Position numbers and translations under genes: made by a program. From Ophelia neglecta (Eukaryota), in the NCBI GenBank assembly GCA_965285935.1, contig OZ260663.1:89342001-89406000 (forward strand): DNA of 64,000 nt, written 5' to 3'. Shown here piece after piece: positions 14,465 through 26,800 of this stretch (positions are counted from its first letter, which is position 1; every line of letters begins with the position of its first letter). The notes beneath the pieces were generated by a model, which saw only the letters and a program-made list of their open reading frames with translations, ran no database searches and had not been told where the DNA came from.

Positions 14465-17400
14465 CTGAAAGAGAAAAAAACGACCATAAAATATTAATTA
14501 GAATGTAAACTTACATTTTGCACGAATCCACCAATAAACGTCATATATAGGCTCATAAGATGTTAGGAATATTAAATATTAAGCTGTCTTCACAGACCAA
14601 TATAATAAATTCCAGGAAACTAGCCCCTTTTTTTCAGTAAACTTATTCGAATGGTGGAAAAACGTAAAACCTACTGCATATGAGACAGATAAAGACACGA
14701 CGACCTTTAACGGTCAAACGGAATTAAAGATCTAGCCGGAAGATCAAAGCTGTACTGCTTAACTGTCAGGCAACTAACGGTGTCATGCGAACAGCGCATT
14801 AATACCTCTAAGCCTACATTCAGCTACAGGCCAATGTGTACGTGAATTAACTGCGAAGACTGGAGAGAATTCATCAATGGGCAATGTAAAAAACACAGCA
14901 TGTAGCTGTACGGTCCTGATTTATTTCCTGACATAATAAGAACCGCCAAGGGGCTTCTTAGCTGAATGCAGACTCAGAATTGACTTATGTTCTACTGATT
15001 TCACAATGTTATGTGAAAGTTTAATCAACAAAAAGAACAAATAGGCGTGTGGGACACTTCTTTTACCCGATTAGCGCTTTTTTATTAGTGTGTTCTTTTC
15101 TGGATTTGACCGTAAAATATCAAAATGTTAACTTTAGAATTCGGCACTAAAGCACCAAATACGCACATTTTACAATTCTTCTGTCCTGCACAATGATAAA
15201 GTCAATACTTTTCTAAAAAGCCGGCCTTAGCCGCGGTTAGAATACACTGTTCATGTTTTCTTCTGCAAACGCACAAACTAAGAGCAAATCTAGATCTGTG
15301 TTATGCTACGGAGACCGCTATGCACAGTAATCTGGAAACTATATTTTGGAGTCAATATAAAAATGAGATAAGTGGATCAAAGAGCCAATTAGTGGTAATT
15401 ATACTCTATCGGGAAAACTGAGTACAACGATTTTAGGAAAAATGCCAAGTATGCAGCAGTTCTCCCAAAGGGTTGATATACATTGACAAATTGCAATCAT
15501 GTTGAACAAACAGATGACGCTGGTATGTCTCAACTAAATGTGCAAAACATTTGATCAAAGTTGATAGTTGGCGGAGAACTGTTTAGAGCATGTTGTATTA
15601 TGTTTCCTTCACCAGGAAGCAGGCAACAAAAATAACCTGGTTACTGTGAAATATCTCCGGTGCACAGCTGCAGCATACTTCACCAAAGAGAGTAGCGCTT
15701 CTCGGATAAAATATCGGCGTCCGCGGTTATGTTTACCAGCTCGTTTTATCACAACGACTTTAACATCTGTTCAGGAGGCGTGGAGTAATAGGGGCGTCAC
15801 GTGGTTAACATCCATCAACTGGGCGATTTGCTGTGCTAGACAAGCCGATGCACAGTTACTGTCAAAAGCTAATTGGCATTACACACCTGCATGTACGATG
15901 CCTATCCCTAGTAAGCCTGCTGAGTCGGTGTGATAGCTGTTTTCGCTCCTCACCTATTAGGATCAGGAATATCTCATGTGATGCGTACAAATTATAATTT
16001 AAGCACATTGGCAGCCAGAATCTTCACATTAAAAAAATGTTTAGTTAATAGTATATTGGCTTTCTAATAAAAATACATTTGATTTGATAAAGAAAGGGGA
16101 ATGGATAAAAGCCAAATTTCTAGCTATTAAATCGTTTCAAATTCATGTCTTTTAATATGTAGGTTTATTGGTTCAAATTCAATCTTTTGCTGAGTAGGTG
16201 TTAAAACAATGGCAATTAGATCTTGCATAGGAGTAGTGTAAAGGAAAGTCACCTTTCGTACTTTGAGTCTCCACGAGCCTGATGATATCGTCCTCAAGGC
16301 GAATATTATTTTTGGATAAAATTGCACGAATATCTTTCGTGCACTCTGCATTCAGCGTGAGAAAAGGAAGTTTTTCTATTGCTTCCATTTATTAAACAGG
16401 TATCCTGTTTTAGCAAATTTGTTTTTTTTATCGGTTCTTTCAGCCGCAACTTTAAATTAGCATGGAAGTATTTAGTATACATGATAGAGACGTACCAGTT
16501 TAAAATAAAACGATATCAAGTTTAACGGCGATCTAAATGTTGTTTTACTTCCTAACTGTTTTTAAAACTCGACGTCTGGGTTTTGACGGAATACAACAGC
16601 ATACCCAATATTCCTTAACAGCTTGGAAAGCTTCCGTAAAAGCAGTGCAGAAAGAAATTTGGTAGCGTATTTTTAGACTCCGCCATTAAACGGTGTTTAT
16701 CTGGATTTGGCTTTCTACTTCCCATAAGATTCGTTCCTGCTCCCTGTATTTTGGGACCTTTTGAAATAATTGTTACAAGCTGAGTATAAAAAGGGAAGTC
16801 GAGGATACCACTAATAACATGGTTTATAGTTTAATATCAAAAACAGTGTCATTACACAAGTAAGGTATTGTACATGTTCCCTATCGTATTAAGTGGATGA
16901 ACGTTTTACCTGACCGAGCAAATATATATGTACAACTGACTATTGGTTGCGATATGTACTGAAAATAGTTGATTTTTTGCGTTTTAAATTAGCATGTTGC
17001 AAAGAGGCGAGCATGGTCAATTCCTTTAGCTCTAAAGTAAGTAAGCAGAAAACCGTTTATTTCTGCTTTAACGAACCAGTTGTTATTAAATTATCTGAAA
17101 AGCTGAACGTCGCCTAACCTGTTTTATATTGAAGAAAATAGAAAATGGAAGTTCATACAAAGCTGTTCGGTCACATATGTGGTCTGTCAGTTTAATCTTG
17201 TTTTCAGATAAGGAATGGGAACATGATTGTTTATGTCCACATATTTTGATCATGAGTTTTAGGGGAGAGCTGCTGACGGTTTAGAAGCAATGCAAACCAT
17301 CAGGCTTATTGATGTGAACTAAACACATCGCCTACTCCCAAAGCCTAATTGTTCAGACCACACGGGACGATGGTAACGAGTTCCCTCATCCAGAAAGATT

Positions 17401-19917
17401 CCTAAGAAATCTGTTACTGAAGGAACGATCATTCGCCCCATATTTTCGACATATGTTCTCAATGACCTAACTAACGTCGGTATAGTGAAGTTCTCTTGAA
17501 TCGCCAAATCTTTTAATAAGAACAGAAAAACAAAGTGGACATGTGCTTTAGGTGAAAGAAAATGAAAAATCAGGTGAAGTTTTATTGGACATGTTTTACA
17601 ACCTCTGGAGTTGCAAACTGAAAAGCACTCCGGGGCAACTGGAGTTAAACAATCGCTTTACTATAAACACACGATACCATTGGAATTAATGGTTTGTTGA
17701 CCGGCCTCCGTAAAAACTAGCCCGGGGCAGAATTAATCATTTTAGCTTTGACCTTGGTCCAGTTATTCTCGTTTGTGCAATGAGGGCCTGGACTTTATAA
17801 ACGTGTTCAGTTAAATAAATCATCGAGCATTACTTGACTATTTGGCCCGTTAATACCATTAATCTTTCTTACGGAAAGGTCGGTATCAACATGTATACGA
17901 GTAAAGTAAAGCCTGACACTCCCATACAAGGGTTACCATAAAATGGAAGACAAACAAGGCGTTTAGATTGGAATGGCCTTAGCATTTGTTGTAGAGATAG
18001 TATCCGCACACCCATTAACTTCGAAATGAATAGGTTTTCCATGGTTATTATGCAAATACATCCTGCGGCGACGGTGGTGACCAAAAACATTTGTCCCTAC
18101 AACAACGATGTGAATAACACTTTGATTTACATCATTATTGCAGAGCGTGTAGTTAAATCAGTCTAGGACACTTGTTGCATTCAATCTCAGCTAGCTCATT
18201 TCTTATAATCACTATTTTCAGAAAGTTCTGACATTTTAATAGTCCGTTGCTGGGCATTTCTAACCCAATACATTTATAGTCTGGATTGGTCAGAATGTAT
18301 CCAGTTGGTTGCTTACTGGCAGCATGTAAGTACCATCAATTCGACATGAGTCGTAGAGATTTGATTTAACCCTACAGCATCACATACTTTCACCAAAAGA
18401 CATGATCATAAGTTGATTTATGTATTCGTTCACTTCAAAGAATTATCGTTCATCTAGATTAATCGAATGCCTAGAATTCCGAGAAAATACTTTGTTTACT
18501 TTATTATATAGCCAAACATCAATCAGCCAAGGGTATAACACTATTGGGTCATCCCTAGAAGTGATCCATGTTCATTGCTATCAGAATTGTAATCAGATAA
18601 TAAACCGCGTTATACATAGCCCTGCACTGCTATTTCTGTTGGACAATTTTCTGAGATATTTGATTCTAAACAAACATACGAATCTCTCACCACCATATCA
18701 TTGTTTGACATACAGCGAACTAGCCCAGGTGTACTTGTCTGTCACTCTAAAACTAACAAAATAGTACAACTGGCTACATACAATACTGTTCGAGAGTTCT
18801 TTCAATTTTGAACTGGTTATCTGGAACAAAAATTAATATCGCATTATAATATACTACACTGGATACATATTGCAGTTCTTGTTATTAAATGACATCAGTG
18901 TGTTGGCATTTTAATTCATTGCTGGCATGAATATGAGTATACTGTTTTGCATAGGTAATAATAATTGCGCATGTTTAGCAAGAAGTATGCACAATTTAGT
19001 GAATTCAAAGTGAATCGGCAATCCATATACAATGGTCACACATTTTGGAGGGTTCAGCAAGCAGTGTAATGAACCCATGGAACCCCAAGTTTCCACTGAT
19101 TTTATGTTTGAATCAAAAGAAACAATTACTAATGTTTTATTACTGTACTTGCATACGAAAATTAACCAACTAATGTGTAATGTCGAGTTCAACAAGTCAG
19201 TGCTGGGTATTATTGCAAGATGTTTAAGTTTGATTGGAGTGTTGAAAATATAAATTCAATGTTTTACAGTACATACTAAAGTTTGCAAAACAGGTTCTAG
19301 CTCAAAAGATAGGCACGCGCACGACTAGTTATTCTAGTAAGATCAGTGTGATTTTTCTGAAGTTGTGCTCCCTCTAAACGCCCGATTCACTACGGGTATG
19401 AGTCGAGATAGAGGTAATTGTACAGACCTCCTGCGCCGTTGGCAGACTGGTGCATTTATGCTGTGAGTGCCAAACGTGGGGCATTGCTACCCAATAACTT
19501 TTCATCTTGCATAGGTTAGTCAGATGACTATGTGAATTTAGCCGTTTAGAAGCTCCTATTTGGGGAGTTGTAACAACGTAGATTGATTCATTTTTAGGTG
19601 GACCAAGCTTACCCATTGTAGTGTATCGCTCATGAAATAAACATACTCGCACTTATTTGGAATACTGGATACTGGAAAGATGTTTTTAATTCAGAGAAGT
19701 TTCGTAATGGGGCGATAGCATATGCCAATAATCGGATAAGGAGCTTCTTGACTGTTTTGTTCAATCGAGTGCTGCGCATGACACGCTTGTAAATGAGTAC
19801 GCTACCGCATGCTGCATAACAGGCTTTCAATTATTGAAAACCTGTTAATGTATGTACTTTAATCACAACACTCGATTGATAATCGTATATCAAATGGAAT
19901 AATAACGACACCTGGTC

Positions 19918-22449
19918 ATGACGAATATACTGAACTCAACTAATATATATACGAGTACATTAAAACCTACTCCTCCATTGGACGAGAGTCTATTTGATCA
20001 TGTGCATTATGTGTCAGACATCAATCGGGTGAGAAAAGGCTGGGAGCAAAATGCGGCTTTTATTCCTACCACTTTTATATACGCTCTTACATTTGCGATA
20101 GGTGTAATTGGGAATGCATTAGTCATTTTCGCCCTTTTTGGAGACAGAAAGGCTCGTAATGTGACGTCATCCTTTTTAGTCAGTCTTGCTGTGGCAGATC
20201 TCGTGTTTCTTCTCGTTTGTGTGCCGTACGAGACAGCAGAATTGGTGGTCAAGGACCGGTCCACGGGAAAGGCATTTTGTAAACTGGCCCGGTTCACTGA
20301 AATGCTATCGGCAGCTGCGTCTGTTTTGAACCTTATAGCTGTGGGCATTGAAAGGTGAGCGCCTAATATTCTATGGCATAATCATTATTGGTGAATATAT
20401 GCGTCGTGTGTTTTGATATTACTGGCGTGATATGAATATTGCAGCTCACATGGAATGCTTGGATATTGAATTGTTGCTGCAAAATAATAAAATATATTGC
20501 CAAATAGTTTGCTTCATAGACTACCAGGTGCTTATTTAATTGCAAATTCGAAGCTAGTTTGTGGTATTTTCCCAGGCCTTTGAAGTATCTGAATATACCA
20601 ATGCAAAGCTCTTCTTACTTAATCTAGATAACAACCTTGATTCATTTAACCTTGATTCATACACACGTTTCTTTCCTTCAGGTACATCGTGATTGTTCAT
20701 CCAATCAAAGCTCGTTCTTACTGCACAATAGGCAAGGCTCGGAAGTATATTGCGGCAGTGTGGATAGCAGCATGCGTTCTTGCGTCACCAGCCCTGGTGA
20801 TCATGGTAATGTTATTAAACTATACACTTGGCAATTACACAGTGTAATAGTATTGTTGTAAAAATACATGCCAAGCCTCAGTTTGTTGTATTGGCCCATA
20901 GTAGGATTCTTAAAACCCAATGATGAAACATCTGTTAGCAATATCCCTTTGCTACTTTTCTTAACTGTGATTATACTCGAAAGTATACCGACTGGCAATT
21001 ATATTGTTATCCGTAACATATTAGTCAACTGGGATTGCGACATTTAAATCGTCGCTTCCATTCATCCTGTATGGTGTGTTTAATATCACCCTAGATAAGA
21101 TTAGATTTGTTTTTGTTCTAAGGACACTAAGACCAGGTTGTATTACGACGGTGAAGGTTTCTACGAGACACGTATGAACTGCAAAGACTACAATGTGCGC
21201 TCCAAATCCGACAAGATTCTGTTTGCGTGGTACCAGTTGCTTGTCATGTTTATACTGCCGGTAATCATAATGGCCATATCATACTCCGTGGTTATATACA
21301 CACTCTGGATCAGTAACAAGGAGCTCGCCATGATGACCAAAGTACATCGAACTAACGAGTAGGTTTTGCAATATAAGGTTACTAAGAGTGTTGTCCACGT
21401 TCGGTCAGACAGCTATTTGTATAAACTCACATAGTCATAGGCGTACTAGGACGATATTGTAAGTGTGCTGGTAAAGGATTTATTCATAGCATAGTTCGCT
21501 CGACATTTTTGATTGCAGTCGTGACATGGCCGTCCCTGCAGAGGCAGAGACAGGGGCCAGACTGACAGTCCCGGGTAGCAGCTCGACAAGACATACAAAC
21601 TCCGGCCTGCAGGATACACACAAAGACCACACGGCCGTTGTCAGGGAAGCAAGAAAACAGGTCAGATGCTTAACAGTGCTAGTATTAGGATGTTATACAT
21701 ATAGTGCAATCCTTTTGATATACAGTGAAACCTGTAAATTAAGTTCAATGATAAATAAATTCTGATTTAGACAGGTTTTTTTTACATTGAAATTATATAA
21801 TATGGTAATACTTAATGTTGTGATCTGACTTGGTAGGTGGTCTTCATCAAGAGGTGGTCTTTAAGGCACTTTTCACTGTATATAATAGCCAGATATTTCA
21901 CATATCAATTTAGATGTATTTTTCTTCTCCAGATAATAAAGATGTTGTTGGTGATACTTGCCATATTCTTCTGTTTTTGGGGACCTAAACTTGTTCTGAA
22001 CCTTATGAAGAAGCACCAGCTAAGGATTTTACACTCGAATGAGGCATTTTTTGCTATAGTGAGTATTTGTGGAGATCATTAAACTCTAAAAGAATCCTAA
22101 TGAAAGAGTTTTATTCGTAAGTCAAAATTGGGCTAATTCAATTATTCTGCAGTGATTGTACAAATAACAGTTCTTACTATTCTACTTTCAGTTATTTATC
22201 AACCTATTACCATTCATTCAGAGCTGCGTTAATCCATTAATATACTGCTACATGTCAAAGAACTTCAGACGGAGTATGCGCAGGTCGTTTCGAGAAAGAT
22301 GTCACTGTGACCCGGGAAGATGTTGCAGACGTCGTCATCGTGTGACACTCTCATATGACCTTGACCATACTTCACCTAACGGTATGAGTGATTCAGCAAC
22401 TGAAAGTGAAGGGGCGGGTAATGGCGCTACTGTTATGTCGGAATGCTGA
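19918..22449 (+). CDS. Class A (rhodopsin-like) neuropeptide-type GPCR, paralog A, ~440 aa, 6 exons
   Basis: Exons 19918-20354, 20682-20805, 21123-21358, 21519-21660, 21933-22058, 22192-22449; all introns GT-AG, phases 2,0,2,0,0; 1323 nt total. Motifs: TM1 GN, TM2 SLAVADL, C3.25, ERY, TM4 W, ECL2 Cys, TM5 FILP..Y, TM6 FWGP, TM7 NPLIY then MSKNFR. Resembles invertebrate QRFP/CCK/galanin-like orphan peptide receptors; ligand not assignable from sequence. Confidence 0.93.
21723..21878. mobile_element. Tc1/mariner/pogo-type MITE in intron 4 of GPCR A
   Basis: TA|CAGTGAAA...TTTCACTG|TA: terminal inverted repeats flanked by a TA duplication, with internal GGTGGTCTT repeats; 156 bp. Confidence 0.7.
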
Positions 22450-22844
22450 ACTAAAACCCAAACGCACCGGTCAAGGTGGTGAATGTTGGATATTGTTCGG
22501 AAGAATGAAGTTTGGCTATCACACATTTTGATTTGTAGTTGCACATTCATGAATGCAAAGATAAAAAGCTCCCAAAGCAGCATGATCTGTTATAGCAATA
22601 TATTTGTAGATGGAATTATTTACTTTCATTATGCCATTAGTCTCTGCAATGCGCTTAAGGATATAACATTTCCAAACTAATATTGTTTCAATTGTGTTGT
22701 GAGCAGGGTGATTCTACTGGATTTTTAAGTGGCTTTCGTGAATGTTTAAGCATGTTAAGCCTCATTTATTAAAGTGGCTGTTCGTTTTGCTTTTATTTTA
22801 GTGTTGGCTTTTTATGTGTATGACTGTCTGGCATCTATGCATAC

Positions 22845-22850
22845 AATAAA
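22845..22850 (+). promoter_or_regulatory. Candidate polyadenylation signal of GPCR A
   Basis: AATAAA ~400 nt after the stop codon, with a second AATAAA at ~22884. Confidence 0.35.
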
Positions 22851-25619
22851 GAGACAGTTAAATTTTGTACGCATATGTCCTTAATAAATACATGCATATA
22901 TTCCTCATATTTTGTTTTGTTTAGCAAGAGTAAAATCTCAACCTATCACTTCGTTCTCATTCCTGTACAAAATATATTACAAAAATAGTAGCCAAGTGTG
23001 TTGGTGCTCAGTTAATTTGCCTGCGGCTATACGCTTTATATTAATTTACTGTTTTAAACCAACAGGTACCACCAGCACCCAGAACACTTTCTCCGGGGTC
23101 CGACGGTTGAGTAATATGGCACTGTTGTAGTTGAAACTTGTTTGGACATTAATAATCACCAACGGTTCAATGTAATAGCTGGACACACAACAAACAATGC
23201 ACCATACAAGAGTGTCTTTTTTCCCGTAGAAACGAATACTGGGGCTTTGTTTGTAGCCGGTGTATTTTCAATGTTTTTGTAAGTCATTAAAAGGAAACAG
23301 TTACTATTACAGATATGCAATGACCATTTTGAGGAATTTGCATTTATGTTGAGTTTTTTTTTTATAATGGAAACATTTATATGCGCTATTTCACTAATCA
23401 TATGTTTTGTTAATACAACACTTTAATATGCATATTCTTAGCAAAAGTAACCGAGTAACAATTAATAACGTGTTACTTAAATCATGTAAAGGAAAGAGAT
23501 TGGAGATAATTAAATTCAATGACAGATCAAGGTAGGAAGAAGTGGATAAATAGCGATACTGACAAAAGAATGAGGAAACAAATGCCATTCGCCTTTCATA
23601 TGGATCGCTTGCGTACTGTTTGGACGGACACCTGGTGAAAGAAATCATGGTAACTAGTCCTTAAGCAATTACCATGGAATGTTCTTGATCTGAGCGCCTG
23701 ATACACACTATGAGCAAATTACTCTAAGTAGTTGTTTTCATGATATATCCGCGCATAATAACGAGAACTCTTGACAACTAGCTGTATGTCAACCAGTCAG
23801 AAATCAGGGTGGATCCACTAGGGACGCATCTGTGGATTGGCTAGGTGGGTTATTAAGTTAATTTCGAGACAAAACCACTTTTTTTTATAAGTTTGGCCTA
23901 AACAAACTTTATTCTCTCTCATGAATTTTTCCCTTGCACAAATTGCTGGCAAACATGTTGTTTCTTACTCTGTTTTCTAAACCCAAGTAGCCCCCAGTAA
24001 GCTAATGATTCCTTAAATGCTTCACATGTTTGAGCATGAACCAGATAACTGGCACTGTAAATCCGATGAATATTTCCTCTTTGCGAGATAGGTTAGTGAA
24101 AAATGCATGTTCACATAATTGACATTTATCTGGAAATCTTCAAATATTTATCACTGTTACTGGGCTAAATGTGATTCCATCTTATGGCGACCTTCATTCG
24201 TTCAGGAACATACGTTATATGTCAAGTTATATGTTAAAGCAATCCCCGTTTCAAACATCAATAAAATAGTTTTAGCATGTGCGGACATGCCACGCTTCGT
24301 TTATCTATTTAAAATGGTCCGTCATAACCTACAATATCTGACTGTGCAATATTGCTAACAGTATGCCAAGCTTAAAAACTTACTTAAAAAGAAGAAAGCG
24401 ACTGGCATTGACCCCAGCGTAACCTTTTGATTGAAACTGTTATGCATAAAGGTTGTACTACTATCATTTTTCATTTGTATGGCAGTTATAGTATTTACTC
24501 CCATTATACCACCTACTATATACTGGAAGCGGGATATGTTAAATGCTCATCATGCTTAGGTTTTGTTGTGTGGTTTACATTATTGGTGTGAGGACGTTCT
24601 GATCAGTCGGTGAGATCTGTTTAGTGCATCAGTATCAGCAACGTATTAATAATAATATGTACGGTGATTCATAGCAGGAACCCAAAAGTTACTAGATCGT
24701 TAGTTCGAAGAGGCAAACAAAGCCATCCAAAGATGAGTGACTTTCTAGAGCTAAGGTTACTAGTGTGGAATCTCCGAAATAGGCAGGATGAATAAATAGT
24801 AGTTCACAACCCTTTAGGTAAGAAGGATGAGACGACTGTTTTGTTATCAGAAATCCTACAGACCACATTCCCTCAAAACTCGAGCTTGGGGTATCGCGAT
24901 AAGGATAATTAAAAGTCCAACTATGGCTAGAATCGAGCACCAGGGAAAACAACCACTAGTACATGCCAAGCTGCTGAAATGGTCAAATATAGATACAAAT
25001 TTCTTAAGTCTGGACTATACAACATAATAGGCGTTAGTTGGATCTTTTTAAAAGAAGACCCCAAAACAGGTCAACCGACAACCCACCGCACACTCTATGA
25101 AACTGTTTGACAACCCTCAAAGCGTTCTCTGCCTACAAATCAATTTGTGGCTAGTGACCAGCATAAACGAGAAGAGTAAAACACCCAAATACACAAATAC
25201 GCGCGCATGTATAATTTTAGACCGGCGACTAAGGCGTTCAGTACGGAGATATCATCCGGGTACATTAACTTAAATAAATTTGGAAAATCTTTGGTTACCA
25301 AAGTTCCAAGGCAAAAATTCTCCTCACATATTTTGGACCTTCTTGAGTTAAAATATAAAGAGGACCGGGCTTAACATGCAGCCCTTCTTAGTGCTCGCTG
25401 AACATCCAAATAACGCAGATAGACTTCGTGTACATTTGACACAAGACTTCAGTTTCGAAACATAGAACCCAGAAGATTTATTATCCTGCCACGTATGCCT
25501 TCGTCAGTTAGTCTAAACAACAGTTGTAAATGAGGAATTCAATCAATAGCTTTATTGCAATCAATAAATGCTTTGTAGCAATCCTGCCCCCCCCCCCCAT
25601 CTCGTTTAGATAAAGGCAC

Positions 25620-25890
25620 CCATTCTTCCAACCCGTTGTTCAAAATCATTGCCAATTGTGCAAACTAGTGACATGCCCCTATAGTTACCAGGCCTAGTTT
25701 TCAACCTGCCATTGAATACTGGCGCATAATATCGCCACACCACTCTTCCGGATACACGCCTCACCACAAGGTAAAATTAATAAGTGTTCGAATGAATGAC
25801 TCTGGCATATCAAGGCTACCCTTAAAGATTTCATAGGCCAAACCATCCGGACAACCAGCCTTATCATTTGACAATCCCTTTGCCTGTGTA
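25620..25890 (-). mobile_element. Decayed non-LTR retrotransposon RT fragment (RTE-X/CR1-like)
   Basis: KGLSNDKAGCPDGLAYEIFKGSLDMPESFIRTLINFTLW*GVYPEEWC, then after frameshifts APVFNGRLKTRPGNYRGMSLVCTIG and MILNNGLEEW, matching the KAxGPDG...PxxW...NYRGISL...ILNNRL pattern of LINE RT domains 0-2. Confidence 0.75.
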
Positions 25891-26449
25891 ATATCTCATC
25901 CAAAGTAGATTCAGAATTCGGTTCAGTGCCGCTGGTGGATCAGGCTCGCAGCTAAAGCGGGACCAGATCGGCACCAACATCGGTATAGTTGGGGTGCACC
26001 TTAAAGAACAAGACGCATACGTGGATTTATGTGGTGACTGTTTCATAGTTGTTGGTAGCATTATACGGTTAATACCATTCACAAGTACACAATGCCGCGA
26101 GGCAGGTTAATAATCCTACACTTATCGTTTATTTAGTGAAAAAGTTATGGGCTACTTGTTATTACTCAATCAATGAATCATTAGCAAATGTCCGTTTTTT
26201 TAACAACTTAATAATTTAATACGGTTCTCTTGTCTGATTATTTTGCATCCTATTAATTCGACAGCTTACACTGGTCACTCTTTGCCTTAGAGGAAACATA
26301 CATAAGTATATGATGATCATTGAAAAAACAATAGAACGGCAATATTCACATTTTTCCTGAATTATTTGATGAATTACAATAAATCATATATATAAATACA
26401 TAAAATTGAAGATAAATATCAGACTATTTGTACTGTCCGATCCTATACC

Positions 26450-26800
26450 AAATTATTTCATATAATCCTTTTTTTTGCAACTGAACTGATACAAATCGGC
26501 TATCAACGGAACATAGTTCGTTCCCACCAGAATGCCAATGATTTGGCGAAACGCACTCCCCAGCTGAACAAAATATAGGTAAATGAGACAGAAGAGTAAG
26601 TGGATGATCAAAATGAGGCCAGGAGGCGGTGATGTGATCGCTGCCATCTCCATGCAGTACAAATATTGCTACTTCTTTCTGATATACGGCATACGAAATA
26701 TAATCATGCCATATGGGTTTTATCCAATGCATACCTGCTGGTATACCCACCAAGTAGATAAGTCGGATAATATCCATATAGGACTGCTTATTATTAAATA
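26450..26800 (-). mobile_element. Penelope-like element RT relic
   Basis: LYFVQLGSAFRQIIGILVGTNYVPLIADLYQFSCKKKDYMK matches the PLE RT motif FRQxIGIPMGTNCAPLxADLFLxxYExDFM (Naiad/Chlamys-type from memory); degenerate. Confidence 0.7.

Noticed and set aside
16127-16388. Overlapping minus-strand ORFs with protein-like composition
   Set aside because: No family recognised and no convincing splice boundaries.
383-19830. Dozens of 60-120 aa ORFs in the first 20 kb
   Set aside because: No recognisable domains or consistent exon chains; expected by chance or overlapping repeat relics.
20007-20348. Antisense ORFs over GPCR, SLC46 and EGF exons (also 43748-43942, 44931-45200, 47479-47685, 53399-53674)
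   Set aside because: Shadow frames of real coding exons on the opposite strand.
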